DNA of 58,107 bases from assembly GCA_964565065.1 (NCBI GenBank), contig CAZMDD010000132.1:1-58107 (forward strand), read 5' to 3'. Shown here piece by piece: positions 41,249-51,600 of the stretch (positions within the stretch are counted from its first letter, which is position 1; the number at the start of each line of letters is the position of its first letter). A program made the translations under genes and the position numbers. Under the pieces are notes generated by a model. It had not been told where the DNA came from, ran no database searches, and saw only the letters and a list, made by a program, of their open reading frames with translations. Source of the stretch: an uncultured Caldilineales bacterium. Its GTDB lineage: Bacteria > Chloroflexota > Anaerolineae > J102.

Positions 41249-41767
41249 GGCGAAAAACGTCACAAGTTATCCGATTTTTGGTAGTGGTTCGAATTTGACT
41301 GACGCCATGGCATCTTGGTGGCAAAAAATGAGTAGAAGGCTCTCAACCGTGGTTGCATCAAATCGCGCAACATCAGTTACAAAAACAAAGATGGATGGCG
41401 TCAATCATTTCTTGGTCTCTAACTGTCGGAACACCAAAGCTTTTTCTCGCTTCAAATGTGCAGTCATTTAACAGTTATGTTATCCTTATAGTGGCGAAGA
41501 ATTAAATACCAAGCTCATCCCCTTAATGCCATGGCAAAGCATAATCCTTACCCGTGACCAAACATTTATGGGTCTGTCTCTAAAGCAAAATGCCGCTAAT
41601 GTTGAAAAAGCTATTCGCAGATAAACCTGGTTGTAAGCATTGCACTTAAGTAACTATTCACGTTCATCTGGAAAGAACTACTAGGCCACAAGACATGAAA
41701 AAAGGAAAGGAATCCCTTGTTGCCTTCCTTTTTCTTGGTGCCTTTGCGGCAAAATGTGGGCCAAGAC

Positions 41768-42069
41768 CTGTTAAGTAAGTGATGCTATGAAAGTTGAAAT
41801 GTAACGGTTCATCGCTATCCAGAACATACCACCAAGGTACAAAGAAAAAGGAAAGAAACCATCAAGAAAATCTGTGCCATCTGTGTAATCTGTGGTTGAC
41901 ATGGTTTAACCATAGAATCCAGAGCGCACCACCAAGAGCACCAAGAAAAATCTGCGAAATCTATGTCATCTGTGGTTACCATGACGAATTTTAGCGCCAA
42001 ATCTATTTTCGCCGTTCGCCGGGATGCACAGCGCTTTTCTTAAGTTTCAAATGTGCATCTACTTAACAG
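41768..42069. mobile_element. Repeat family B element with terminal inverted repeats and internal short repeats
   Basis: Left CTGTTAAGTAAGTGATGC, right GCATCTACTTAACAG; internal ACCACCAAG and ATCTGTG..ATCTGTGGTT repeats; no TSD found; second right-end copy near 41440-41474. Confidence 0.6.
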
Positions 42070-42201
42070 CTTGCACTAAATGCTGAAAGCATCCTACGCA
42101 TCGCTCAGCACTAACCCAAATTAAACCATCGTTTCAAAGTTCACCTCACTTCTCAACTACTTCCCCATCTCATCTTTTTTGTATCTAAGGAGGTCTTTCT
42201 A

Positions 42202-45200
42202 ATGTCCATGAGTCGAAATCTCCCCCGAAGCATGGCGCTCATGCTACTGCTTTTGATGGCCCTGTCTTTCGCATCTGGCGGCACAGTTCAAGCTTCGCCT
42301 ATGCATCAGGGGACAGGTGGTCTATTTCTTCCCGCACCAGATGCGCCGAATGTTACACTTAGCCCCACTGCCGTAGAATCTCGGCCCGTCTACATCGATT
42401 ATCAAATCATCAGCACGGTAAAACCTGGTGATGCACTACCACTCAACCTATTTCCAGATACTGCCTACACTGCTGTCATCGATAGCATCCAATCAGGCGT
42501 GACGGGCGCTACGATTTGGACCGGACACCTGAAAAACGTAGAGATGAGTCTGGTGGTTCTGGTAATGAAAGATGGCGTTATGATGGGACAAATCTCCTCT
42601 CCAGAAGGTATTTACCAAGTTCGTTACGCACAAGAAAAACGTCATCAAATTCTTAAAATCGACCAATCAACCTACCCGCCAGAAATGGAACCCATCTCGA
42701 TTGATAGCATTGAAGCAAGCATTCTTGCCCCAGTACTGGCTACCGACGCAGATGACGGCTCGTTGATCGATATTTTAGTCGTCTATTCCCCTGAGGCGAA
42801 AACCCAGGTAGGTAGTGCAACAGCTATCGAAAACCTTATTGAACTCGCCGTTGCTGAAACAAATGCCTCCTATGAAAACAGCCAAGTCTCTCAGCGTATC
42901 GCCTTAGTTCATGTAGAAGAAATCGCTGGGGCCGTCAATAACTTTGAAGATGACTTGCCAGCAATCCGGGATCCTAACGACGGCAAAATGGATAATGTCC
43001 ACCCCATGCGCAATACCTATCACGCTGACAATGTGGTTCTGATTATCCATGACACCGATTATTGTGGTTTGGCATACCACATGAGCAGTGTCAATACCGG
43101 TTTTGAGTCCGATGCGTTTGCTACCGTTCACTGGGATTGTGCCACTGGCAATTACAGCTTTGGGCATGAACTTGGGCATAACATGGGCGCCCGGCACGAT
43201 TGGTACGTCGATGATGGCACAACACCATACGGCTATGTGCACGGCTATGTGCATTCCAGCTATGACTGGCGAACCATCATGGCCTATGGTAACGAATGTT
43301 CTGATCATGGAACCAGTTGTACTCGCTTGCAGTATTGGTCGAACCCAGCAGTTAGCTATGGTGGCGCAGCAATGGGTGTCGCGGCTGGAACCAGCACCAG
43401 TTGCAATGCCGGTACATCTTATCCTCCGGGCTCCGAATGTGATGCTGATAATCACCTAACACTCGATACCACCGCCTCTACCACTGACCAATTCCGTAGC
43501 AGTGAATATGTGTGGGTGGGTAATACCACTGACTGGAATAGCGCCAGTAACTGGAACACCGAAGAAGGCGCTCCCGGCGCTACGACGACTGTTCATCGTG
43601 TGCCGCGCACCATTGACGATGTTGTTATTCCTTCATCTCCTGTGGGTGGCAACTTCCCCACCATTGCCGGCGGCACAGCCAATGTGCGCGATCTAACCAT
43701 CGAGAACAACGCCCAACTTACTCTGAATAGTGGTACACTCAATGTGTATGGCAATTGGGAAGAAACGGGAAGTGGCCAGTTCAATGGACAGGGTGGCACA
43801 GTTGCCTTTGTGGGGAAGCTCCCACAAACAATCACGGCCAATGCCGCATCTGTGTTCCCCAATGTTACTATTGGCGATGGAACGGGCAATCAACTGGTGC
43901 TTCTGAAGAGTGATCTGGACATCAATGGCAATTTAGTCATTCAGGATAAAGCTTCCTTTAATGCCGATCTTTACACCATCGAAATTGCTGGTAATTGGAC
44001 AGAAACAGGCACCTTTGTTTCCGGTACAAGTACTGTCATCTTTGATGGTGCTTCGCAGACAGTTGATCGTACAGTCACCACGCTTAGCATCATCGATGAA
44101 GCCTTCCATGATGCCGATAACGCAGGTGGTAGCTATAGCACTTCCAAACTTCCTAGTGGCTGGGTACGTGAACAAAGCTCAGGTAGCGGCTTTTTAGGCG
44201 GCAATGGTAATTGCGACGATGGCGCTGCTGTCAAGTGGAATAATAGTAGTGATGCTTGGCTTTTTACCACCAGCTTTCATCTTGAAGCAGGTGTAGATTA
44301 CAGCCTTTCGTACAAATATCGGTTGCTGCAAGGTGGCGGTGCGAGCCAGGAATGGAGTACTTATATTGGTCAGCAGCAAAACTCTGCCAGCATGACACAA
44401 CTTCTTGGCACAACCGGAGCAGTAGCACCATCAAACTGCACCACCAAGACAGAAAACTTCACTGTGGCAACTTCAGGGACTTATTACCTCGGTATTCGAG
44501 TCCAAGATGGAAGCGGCTCTAACTATGCCACGGTTGACGATGTTCTCCTGACTGGCACCTTCCGCCCGACGTTTTACAATGCCCAGATAAAGAGTACTGG
44601 TGCCACAACGTTCAACAAAGATGTTACCATTTGGAATGATTTATCGGTTTTTGCAAACGCAGTGCTTGATTTGAATGGCCATGATGTGACTGTCGATGGC
44701 TCAACAACGAACAATGGCAAGATCAAAAACACACTGCAAGTGAATGCCGGTAGCACAACGGAATTCATGCACATCAAAAACAAAGCTGGCAATGCCGATA
44801 AATACCATGGTGTTGACATTACCCCTTCAGGCTCCATGGGAGATGTAACGGTAGAAATCCGTGGCAATCAGAGCAAATGTAATGTGGGTGATGAAATCAT
44901 CCATCGCTGCTACGATATTTCGCCTACCACATCAGCCAGTGCTACAATTAAATTCTGGTATCTGAATGCAGAACATGGGAACGAGACGGTTAGCCAGATG
45001 AAAGCGTATCACTGGAATGGTTCATCATGGGATACGCTTACTTCGACTCGGGGAACTACTAGCGGCTATGAATGGGTCGAGGCCTCGGGTGTGAGCAGTT
45101 ACTCTCCCTTTGGCTTGGCTGATGGTAATCCTGCGCCCCCCACAACGGTAAAACTTGTTCAGATTCAGGGCAGGGAGCTGCAATCTATCACACTTCTCTT

Positions 45201-45276
45201 GGGTGGATTGTTGATGCTTGGTCTGGGGGCAGCCGCCTTGGGTTGGGCCAAGATGCGGCAAGCTGCCAACAAGTAG
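42202..45276 (+). CDS. Secreted M12B (reprolysin-like) metzincin with C-terminal beta-rich domains and membrane anchor
   Basis: Signal peptide, prodomain, HELGHNMGARH zinc motif, RTIMAY Met-turn; C-terminal PTTVKL + hydrophobic helix + KMRQAANK; AAGGAGG RBS. Confidence 0.9.
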   Translation: MSMSRNLPRSMALMLLLLMALSFASGGTVQASPMHQGTGGLFLPAPDAPNVTLSPTAVESRPVYIDYQIISTVKPGDALPLNLFPDTAYTAVIDSIQSGVTGATIWTGHLKNVEMSLVVLVMKDGVMMGQISSPEGIYQVRYAQEKRHQILKIDQSTYPPEMEPISIDSIEASILAPVLATDADDGSLIDILVVYSPEAKTQVGSATAIENLIELAVAETNASYENSQVSQRIALVHVEEIAGAVNNFEDDLPAIRDPNDGKMDNVHPMRNTYHADNVVLIIHDTDYCGLAYHMSSVNTGFESDAFATVHWDCATGNYSFGHELGHNMGARHDWYVDDGTTPYGYVHGYVHSSYDWRTIMAYGNECSDHGTSCTRLQYWSNPAVSYGGAAMGVAAGTSTSCNAGTSYPPGSECDADNHLTLDTTASTTDQFRSSEYVWVGNTTDWNSASNWNTEEGAPGATTTVHRVPRTIDDVVIPSSPVGGNFPTIAGGTANVRDLTIENNAQLTLNSGTLNVYGNWEETGSGQFNGQGGTVAFVGKLPQTITANAASVFPNVTIGDGTGNQLVLLKSDLDINGNLVIQDKASFNADLYTIEIAGNWTETGTFVSGTSTVIFDGASQTVDRTVTTLSIIDEAFHDADNAGGSYSTSKLPSGWVREQSSGSGFLGGNGNCDDGAAVKWNNSSDAWLFTTSFHLEAGVDYSLSYKYRLLQGGGASQEWSTYIGQQQNSASMTQLLGTTGAVAPSNCTTKTENFTVATSGTYYLGIRVQDGSGSNYATVDDVLLTGTFRPTFYNAQIKSTGATTFNKDVTIWNDLSVFANAVLDLNGHDVTVDGSTTNNGKIKNTLQVNAGSTTEFMHIKNKAGNADKYHGVDITPSGSMGDVTVEIRGNQSKCNVGDEIIHRCYDISPTTSASATIKFWYLNAEHGNETVSQMKAYHWNGSSWDTLTSTRGTTSGYEWVEASGVSSYSPFGLADGNPAPPTTVKLVQIQGRELQSITLLLGGLLMLGLGAAALGWAKMRQAANK

Positions 45277-45312
45277 AACATCTTCGCCTTACAATTTCTC
45301 CTAATTCTCACA

Positions 45313-45352
45313 TAAAAGAACCGCCGGATTCTTCTTTCCGGCGGTTCTTTTA
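45313..45352. terminator. Bidirectional intrinsic terminator
   Basis: TAAAAGAACCGCCGGA-loop-TCCGGCGGTTCTTTTA perfect stem between convergent genes. Confidence 0.9.
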
Positions 45353-45566
45353 TGTTTACTGGGTAACATTCTTTGTTTTGCTCACAGATTCTCACAGAGA
45401 ATGCACCAATCTCCCCTGAATCTCCAAATCCCACGCAAAAAACCCGCCGCCCTGCAGTAAATCGGTTGTTTTTTGCCGGGCGCCCGCCATCGTGCGCCCG
45501 CTCCCGCACATCATGCGCCCGCGTGCGCGCCCGCCCTCAACCGGCAACCCTGACCCGCACCCCGGG

Positions 45567-47843
45567 CTACCTGCAAAACAGCGGCGAATACAGAAAATCA
45601 CGTAACTCCGAAACCGCCACATCCTCTCCACTTGGCTTACGCAGCCGTAAAACACCCTGCTGATGCGCACTTTTGGCAATGTTCAGACCATACAAAAAAC
45701 TGCCATCGGAACAAAGCGCCAGACTGGTCATGGACCCGCGGCTCGAAAACGTGAACAACTCATGGATAACCGGAGACTCTCCAGCGTCAATTTGCGCCAC
45801 CTGTGACAACGCACCTTGGCTGCTGGCATCTGCGGCAACAAAAACCAGTTGCGTATTGGCCAAACCATAGGCAGGAACTGGATTCCAGGTCGTTTGCGCC
45901 ACCTGCAAGGAACGATGCGTTCGCGGGTCAAGCACCGAACCCACCATGGGAATCGCATCATCGTCAGCAGGAACCTTCGCAACCCTTTGCAGCACATGAT
46001 GATCTGCCGTGCGATAAATGGCATCAGGACTGGTTTGCAACCTCATCCGAAAACCCTGAGTCGCGGGCACATACCAGGCATCGATAATCTCAGTATGATC
46101 AGGCGGCAGCAGCCAGGCGCCCGTTGTGCCCAGATTGGGGTCATAAGCCACGAGCCAATCCCGATTGCAGCGCACACTCTGCGTCCACAAAATAAGTGGC
46201 GGCTGCCCCGCACGAGAAAACGTCGGCGGCAGGTTGCCGGCCATAGCCTTGCGAGGCGTCGCCAGAACCATCTCATGGCCATCGGCCCATCGCTGCACCA
46301 GCGAAACATTGCTGTTAAGACCATTGATGCTTTGCTCATGCCGCCAAACCAACATATCGGCATCAACATCCATGGCCGAAACCTGCAAAATAGGTGGAAG
46401 CACCCCTTGCAGCAGAACAAGAGATTCAAAAACCAGACGCCGATTTTGCTCCAGCCAGCGTCCTTGCACCTGCACCTGGCTGCCCGAAGCCACGCAATCA
46501 AAATCCAGCACCGAGCCATCCATCAGCGTCAAACCAGCATCCGCTGACGCTTGCAACAAAAGCACCTCACCTTGCGCAGTCTGAGCCAGCACACGTCCGT
46601 GGGCATCGGGCGTCGTGGTCAGCAGGGTGAGAGATGTGGGAGCAGGCGCGTGACTGGCTTTCGGGGGTGAGGGCTGCCCGGCATCCGGCTGCATCATCAG
46701 GGCCCGCGCAGCCCCCTCCAACTGCTCAGCCTGCAAACCCGCCACCACCTCATAAGCTTCATCCCAAGAGTCGCTGGCGGTCAGAGCATGATGCAGCGCA
46801 AAAAGCGCGTCCGGGCCCGATTCACGCAGCAGCCAGACCATCATCAGCCGGGCCGCAATATCGGGCGCATCGGGCGGCAACTCGGCAACAACCGTTGGCG
46901 GCAAACCTGTAATAGGCGAAACCCACTGCCCCTTCATCTTGTCAGCCCAGACTGTTAATCTAGCTCGACTTACATCCCCCACGGCCCAATGCCAGGCCAA
47001 TACATCATCCATGGCCAACTGCAAACGCTGAGCCGCGGGCAGCTCTGATGTGATTGGACTTTGATCGCGAGCCTCCCGAATAACCTGCTGCGCCAGCGCC
47101 AGACGCAACTGCTGCTGAGGCGAAAGATCGCGGGCCGCGGCAATAAAATCCACATGCGGCGAATTGACAATCAACGCCATACCCACTCGGGCCCGATGCA
47201 CCAAATCATCAAACTCCTGAGGCACAATAGCAATGCGCTGTGTCGGAAAATCAAGCCCCATCCGCTGCATCGCCTCCATGAGCCCGGGCAAATCAGCCAT
47301 CAGATTCCGGGCAAAAACTTCATCCTTATCCCAAAACACCATCTCCACCCCAGAAGTCAGCGTGGTGCGCTGCTGCAAGCCCCAGCCCCGGGCCTCCAGC
47401 GGCGCCCGACGCCAATCCCTGCCCGCATACAAGCGATAGTGCCGTACCTGCGCCACGCCATCCACCAGCAAATGCACTCTGGCATTAGCGCCATCATAAT
47501 CCACCGATTCCACTACAACCTCGGGCTCAGACAAACCGCGACGGGCCCGGACACTGGAAAGATAACGAAACCGCCAACTATCGGGCGCTCGCGGATCCAG
47601 CATGTCGGGCGCAGCATTGATGCCCCCCAACGCCCGCACATACTCCTCCTGCCGCACCACCTCTGCCAAATCTCGCTCCAACTGCCGATGCACCGCATAA
47701 TAGCGCCAGCCGATAACCGCAGCAATGACAGCAGCCAGCGCGGCCAGCACTGCCAAACTCTTCAACAGAATCTGCAACCAACGCCGCATAGGCTTCTGCG
47801 TCGAAATAACGATGACTTCTTCTTCAGGAGACAAATAACTCAT
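45567..47843 (-). CDS. Hypothetical single-pass membrane protein, multi-domain (about 750 aa)
   Basis: Long ORF with N-terminal TM (LAVLAALAAVIAAVIGW); possible -10 box TG-n-TATTAT near 47954-47962; start uncertain (47843 or 47789). Confidence 0.75.
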   Translation of the reverse strand: MSYLSPEEEVIVISTQKPMRRWLQILLKSLAVLAALAAVIAAVIGWRYYAVHRQLERDLAEVVRQEEYVRALGGINAAPDMLDPRAPDSWRFRYLSSVRARRGLSEPEVVVESVDYDGANARVHLLVDGVAQVRHYRLYAGRDWRRAPLEARGWGLQQRTTLTSGVEMVFWDKDEVFARNLMADLPGLMEAMQRMGLDFPTQRIAIVPQEFDDLVHRARVGMALIVNSPHVDFIAAARDLSPQQQLRLALAQQVIREARDQSPITSELPAAQRLQLAMDDVLAWHWAVGDVSRARLTVWADKMKGQWVSPITGLPPTVVAELPPDAPDIAARLMMVWLLRESGPDALFALHHALTASDSWDEAYEVVAGLQAEQLEGAARALMMQPDAGQPSPPKASHAPAPTSLTLLTTTPDAHGRVLAQTAQGEVLLLQASADAGLTLMDGSVLDFDCVASGSQVQVQGRWLEQNRRLVFESLVLLQGVLPPILQVSAMDVDADMLVWRHEQSINGLNSNVSLVQRWADGHEMVLATPRKAMAGNLPPTFSRAGQPPLILWTQSVRCNRDWLVAYDPNLGTTGAWLLPPDHTEIIDAWYVPATQGFRMRLQTSPDAIYRTADHHVLQRVAKVPADDDAIPMVGSVLDPRTHRSLQVAQTTWNPVPAYGLANTQLVFVAADASSQGALSQVAQIDAGESPVIHELFTFSSRGSMTSLALCSDGSFLYGLNIAKSAHQQGVLRLRKPSGEDVAVSELRDFLYSPLFCR

Positions 47844-48054
47844 AAGATGCGATGTGGACAAGCCAGGAGCAACAACAATAAAAAGACAAACTGCAAACGC
47901 CATACTTCAGGTCATGGCAACCATTCAGATAAAGCCTTGCAGAACGCTCACTAATAATAGCATAACTCCCATCCAGCCCCATGCCCGTCATCCCCAAAAG
48001 CGAGCCTGGCGTGGTACAATGCTGAACATCACATAAACACCGGAGGCACAATTT

Positions 48055-48633
48055 ATGACTGCATGGCTGGAACGCTCCAGCAAAGTTTTGTTGGAGTCAC
48101 CATGGCTCAAAGTCTCTTGCAAAAGCTTCGAGCTGGACAATGGCGCCACCATCCCCGAGTATTACATCATCGAGAAACAGGATTCGGCCATGGCCATTTG
48201 TTATCTCGAAGATGAAGATCGCTTTATTCTGGTGCGCCAGTATCGGCCCGGCGTTGGCAAATCCACCACCTGTCATCCCGGCGGCCTGCTGGATGCCACC
48301 GACGCATCGCCGCTAAAAGGCGCACTGCGAGAATTGCTGGAAGAAACAGGATACCAGGCATACAAAACAGTACATTTAGGCAGCTTTGCGCCTGCACCCG
48401 CCTTTTGGGTAAATCATGTCCACATGTATCTGGTCTATTGCCGTAGCGTCACGCGCACAGCGGCCACGCCCGAACCCACCGAAGACCTGGAAATCGTCAG
48501 CATCGCCCGCACCGACCTGCTTTCGTTGGTCAACTCGGGCGAAATGGACTGCATCCCCTGTTCGCTGGGCAGCTACCGCGCACTGGAAGTGCTGGCACAA
48601 GACTCGACAGCAGTACTTAGCCGGAACAACTAA
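48055..48633 (+). CDS. Nudix hydrolase (ADP-ribose pyrophosphatase-like)
   Basis: LVRQYR..RELLEETGY Nudix box; GGAGG RBS; TG-n-TACAAT at 48012-48020. Confidence 0.88.
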   Translation: MTAWLERSSKVLLESPWLKVSCKSFELDNGATIPEYYIIEKQDSAMAICYLEDEDRFILVRQYRPGVGKSTTCHPGGLLDATDASPLKGALRELLEETGYQAYKTVHLGSFAPAPAFWVNHVHMYLVYCRSVTRTAATPEPTEDLEIVSIARTDLLSLVNSGEMDCIPCSLGSYRALEVLAQDSTAVLSRNN

Positions 48634-48652
48634 GCACAAAAATCTACATTTT

Positions 48653-51600
48653 TCACGAAGTTATCCGGTCTTTCATCCATTTGGGGCGCACATGCCAAAA
48701 ACGGGGCAGCGCGCGCTCCCAATCCTGCAAAAGCTGGATTGCCAGCGGGCTTTGCGTGTGCGCAGCGTGCGCTTCTACCAACTCCCGTAGCAGCGTGGCA
48801 GCCGCATCCTCTTCGACTCGGGTGGCATAAACCAACTCGCTGTTCAACCGGGCCGGAAAACGGGGAGCGGCCTCATCATCCAGCACAAAAACCTGACCGC
48901 CCGTCATGCCTGCGCCAAAATTATTGCCCGTGGGGCCCAAAATCACCACCACGCCACCCGTCATGTACTCGCAGCCATGATCATCCACCCCCTCCACCAC
49001 CGCCCGAGCACGGCTGTTGCGCACGGCAAAACGCTCACCTGCCCGTCCCGCGGCAAAAAGCGCACCACCTGTCGCACCATACAAACAGGTATTGCCCATG
49101 ATGTACTGCGCATGCCAGGGGAAGATCGCCTCATCTTCCGGGCGCAGGGTGATGACCCCACCTGCCAACCCCTTTCCCACATAATCATTGGCCTCGCCCA
49201 TCAAATTGAACTGCAAGCCCTGGATTAGAAACGCACCAAACGATTGCCCCGCACTGCCGCGAAAAGTTACATCGATGGCCCTTTGCGGCAGCTCGGTGTA
49301 GCCCAATTGCGTCAGGCGCCCACTAACCCGAGCCCCCACCGCCCGATCGGTGTTGTAGATGGGAAACTCCCGGTGCATGGGAATTTTATCCAGCGCCAGC
49401 GCAGCCAAAGCAGCCTCGGCCACACGGTTGCCCAACGCATTGGGGGCATCATAATCGGGCCAAACTTTGAAATGCCGGGCGCTGCGAGGCTGCGGCTGAG
49501 CCAGCAATGGACTCAAATCCAGCGAATCCAGCGCCGCATCCCCCGTGCGTTTTTGCGTGAGTAAATCGGTGCGACCAATGACATCTTGCAAACGATGATA
49601 TCCCATTGCGGCCAGCAACTCCCGCACCTCTTGGGCGATGAAGGTGAACATCGCCATCACATGCTCCGGTTTACCCGGAAACTTGGCCCGCAGCTTGGGA
49701 TTTTGCGACGCCACGCCCACCGGGCAAGTATTGCGGTGGCATACCCGAGCCATGATACAACCCTCTGCAATCATGGCCAGCGTGCCAAATGAAACCTCAT
49801 CCGCGCCCAGCAGCGCAGCCAGCAGCACATCACGTCCGCCACGAATACCCCCATCGGTACGCAGGATGACCCGCTGCCGCAGGCCGTTCATACGCAACGC
49901 CTGCTGCGCCTCGGCCAGACCAATCTCCCAGGGCACGCCCGTATGTTTGATAGAGGTCAGCGGCGATGCACCTGTCCCCCCGTTGCTGCCCGAAATGAGA
50001 ATGCTGTTGGCCCGGCCTTTGGCCACGCCGGCAGCAATAGCTCCTACCCCGGCCTGGGCGACTAATTTGACCGAGATGTTGGCTTCGGGGTTGATTTGTC
50101 GCAAATCGTAAATGAGCTGCGACAAATCTTCGATGGAATAAATATCGTGATGCGGTGGGGGCGAAATCAGGGGTACGCCCGGCGTGGTTAAACGGATGGA
50201 GGCAATGAGGTCTGTCACCTTGTGCCCCGGCAAATGCCCGCCCTCACCCGGCTTGGAGCCCTGCGCCATTTTGATTTGTAGCTCTTTGGCCGAGATGAGA
50301 TACGCAGGAGTCACGCCAAAACGCCCGGAGGCAATTTGCTTAACAGCGCTGTTGCCCTCTGCTCCCAGGCGGGCCTCAGCCTCGCCCCCTTCGCCGCTGT
50401 TGGAAGCCGCGCCCAGCCGGTTCATGGCAATGGCCAACACCTCGTGGGCCTCGGGACTGAGTGCGCCCATCGACATGGCCGCGGTGCTAAACCGGCGCAC
50501 CAGCTCAGCCACAGGCTCCACCTCGTTCAGAGGAATAGATTTGCGGTCAGAGTGGATGCTGAGCAGGTCGCGCAGGTCGGTGGCAGGCTTTTGGGCCAAA
50601 CGCTGGCTGTATTGACGATAACGGGCATACGCAGCCTCGAAGTTTTCCTCCAGCGCCGCGGGCATACGCACTGCCTCGTGCAGAATGTCGATAATCTCGG
50701 GCGTGAGCGCATGAACCTCGCCTTGGCGTCGATATTTGAACTGTCCCCAATGCTCCAGTTTTTCGCTGGGTGAACGATAGGCCAATTGATGCCGATAGAA
50801 AAGATCGCTGGCCAACTTGTCGAAACCAATGCCACTGAGACGATTGGGAGTTCCGGTAAAGCAACGCTGCACCACAGCATCATCCAGGCCGATAATCTCG
50901 AAAATTTGGGCCCCGGTATAACTTTCTACCGTGCTGATGCCCATTTTGGACATAATTTTAAGCAGGCCCATCTCCAGCGCCCGCAGATAGTTTTTACGCG
51001 CGGTTTCAGGGGAATCGACACCTTTTAGCCGTTGGTCAGTAGCCAGATTACTGACAGTATCCAGCGCCAGCCAGGGATGCACTGCGTTGGCGCCATAGCC
51101 GATGAGCGCGGCCAGGCGATGCACGCTGACCACATCTCCAGCCTCTACCAGAATGCTGCCCCGGGTGCGCATGCCCTGGCGGATGAGATGTTGATGCACC
51201 GCGCCCACAGCCAGCAGCGCCGGCGCGGGCGCACGGGTGGGCCCGATGTTACGATCGCTTAGCAAAATCAGGTTGTGTCCGTGCGCAAAGGCTTCTTCCG
51301 CCTCCTGGCTGATGCGATCCAGCAGGTTGGTGAGCCCTGCCTCGCCCTCCACCACCGGAAAGGTGATGTCGATTTCGACCAATGAGAAGGGCAGACCATC
51401 GTGCGAATCATCGAAATGGGTGTGGCGGTCGCGGCGCAGTTGCCGCAAGAGTTGTAGGGTTTTAGCATCCAGGACCGGGGTTTTCAGGCTGATGAGACGG
51501 GCGTGGCGCGGGGTTTCATCAAAAATGTTGCGCCGCGTGCCTAGCAACATGCGCAACGACATGACCATTTTTTCCCGCAGGGGGTCGATGGGGGGATTGG

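Noticed and set aside
41270-41310. tRNA suggested by GGTTCGAAT at 41286-41294
   Set aside because: No acceptor, D or anticodon stems and no CCA end can be folded around it.
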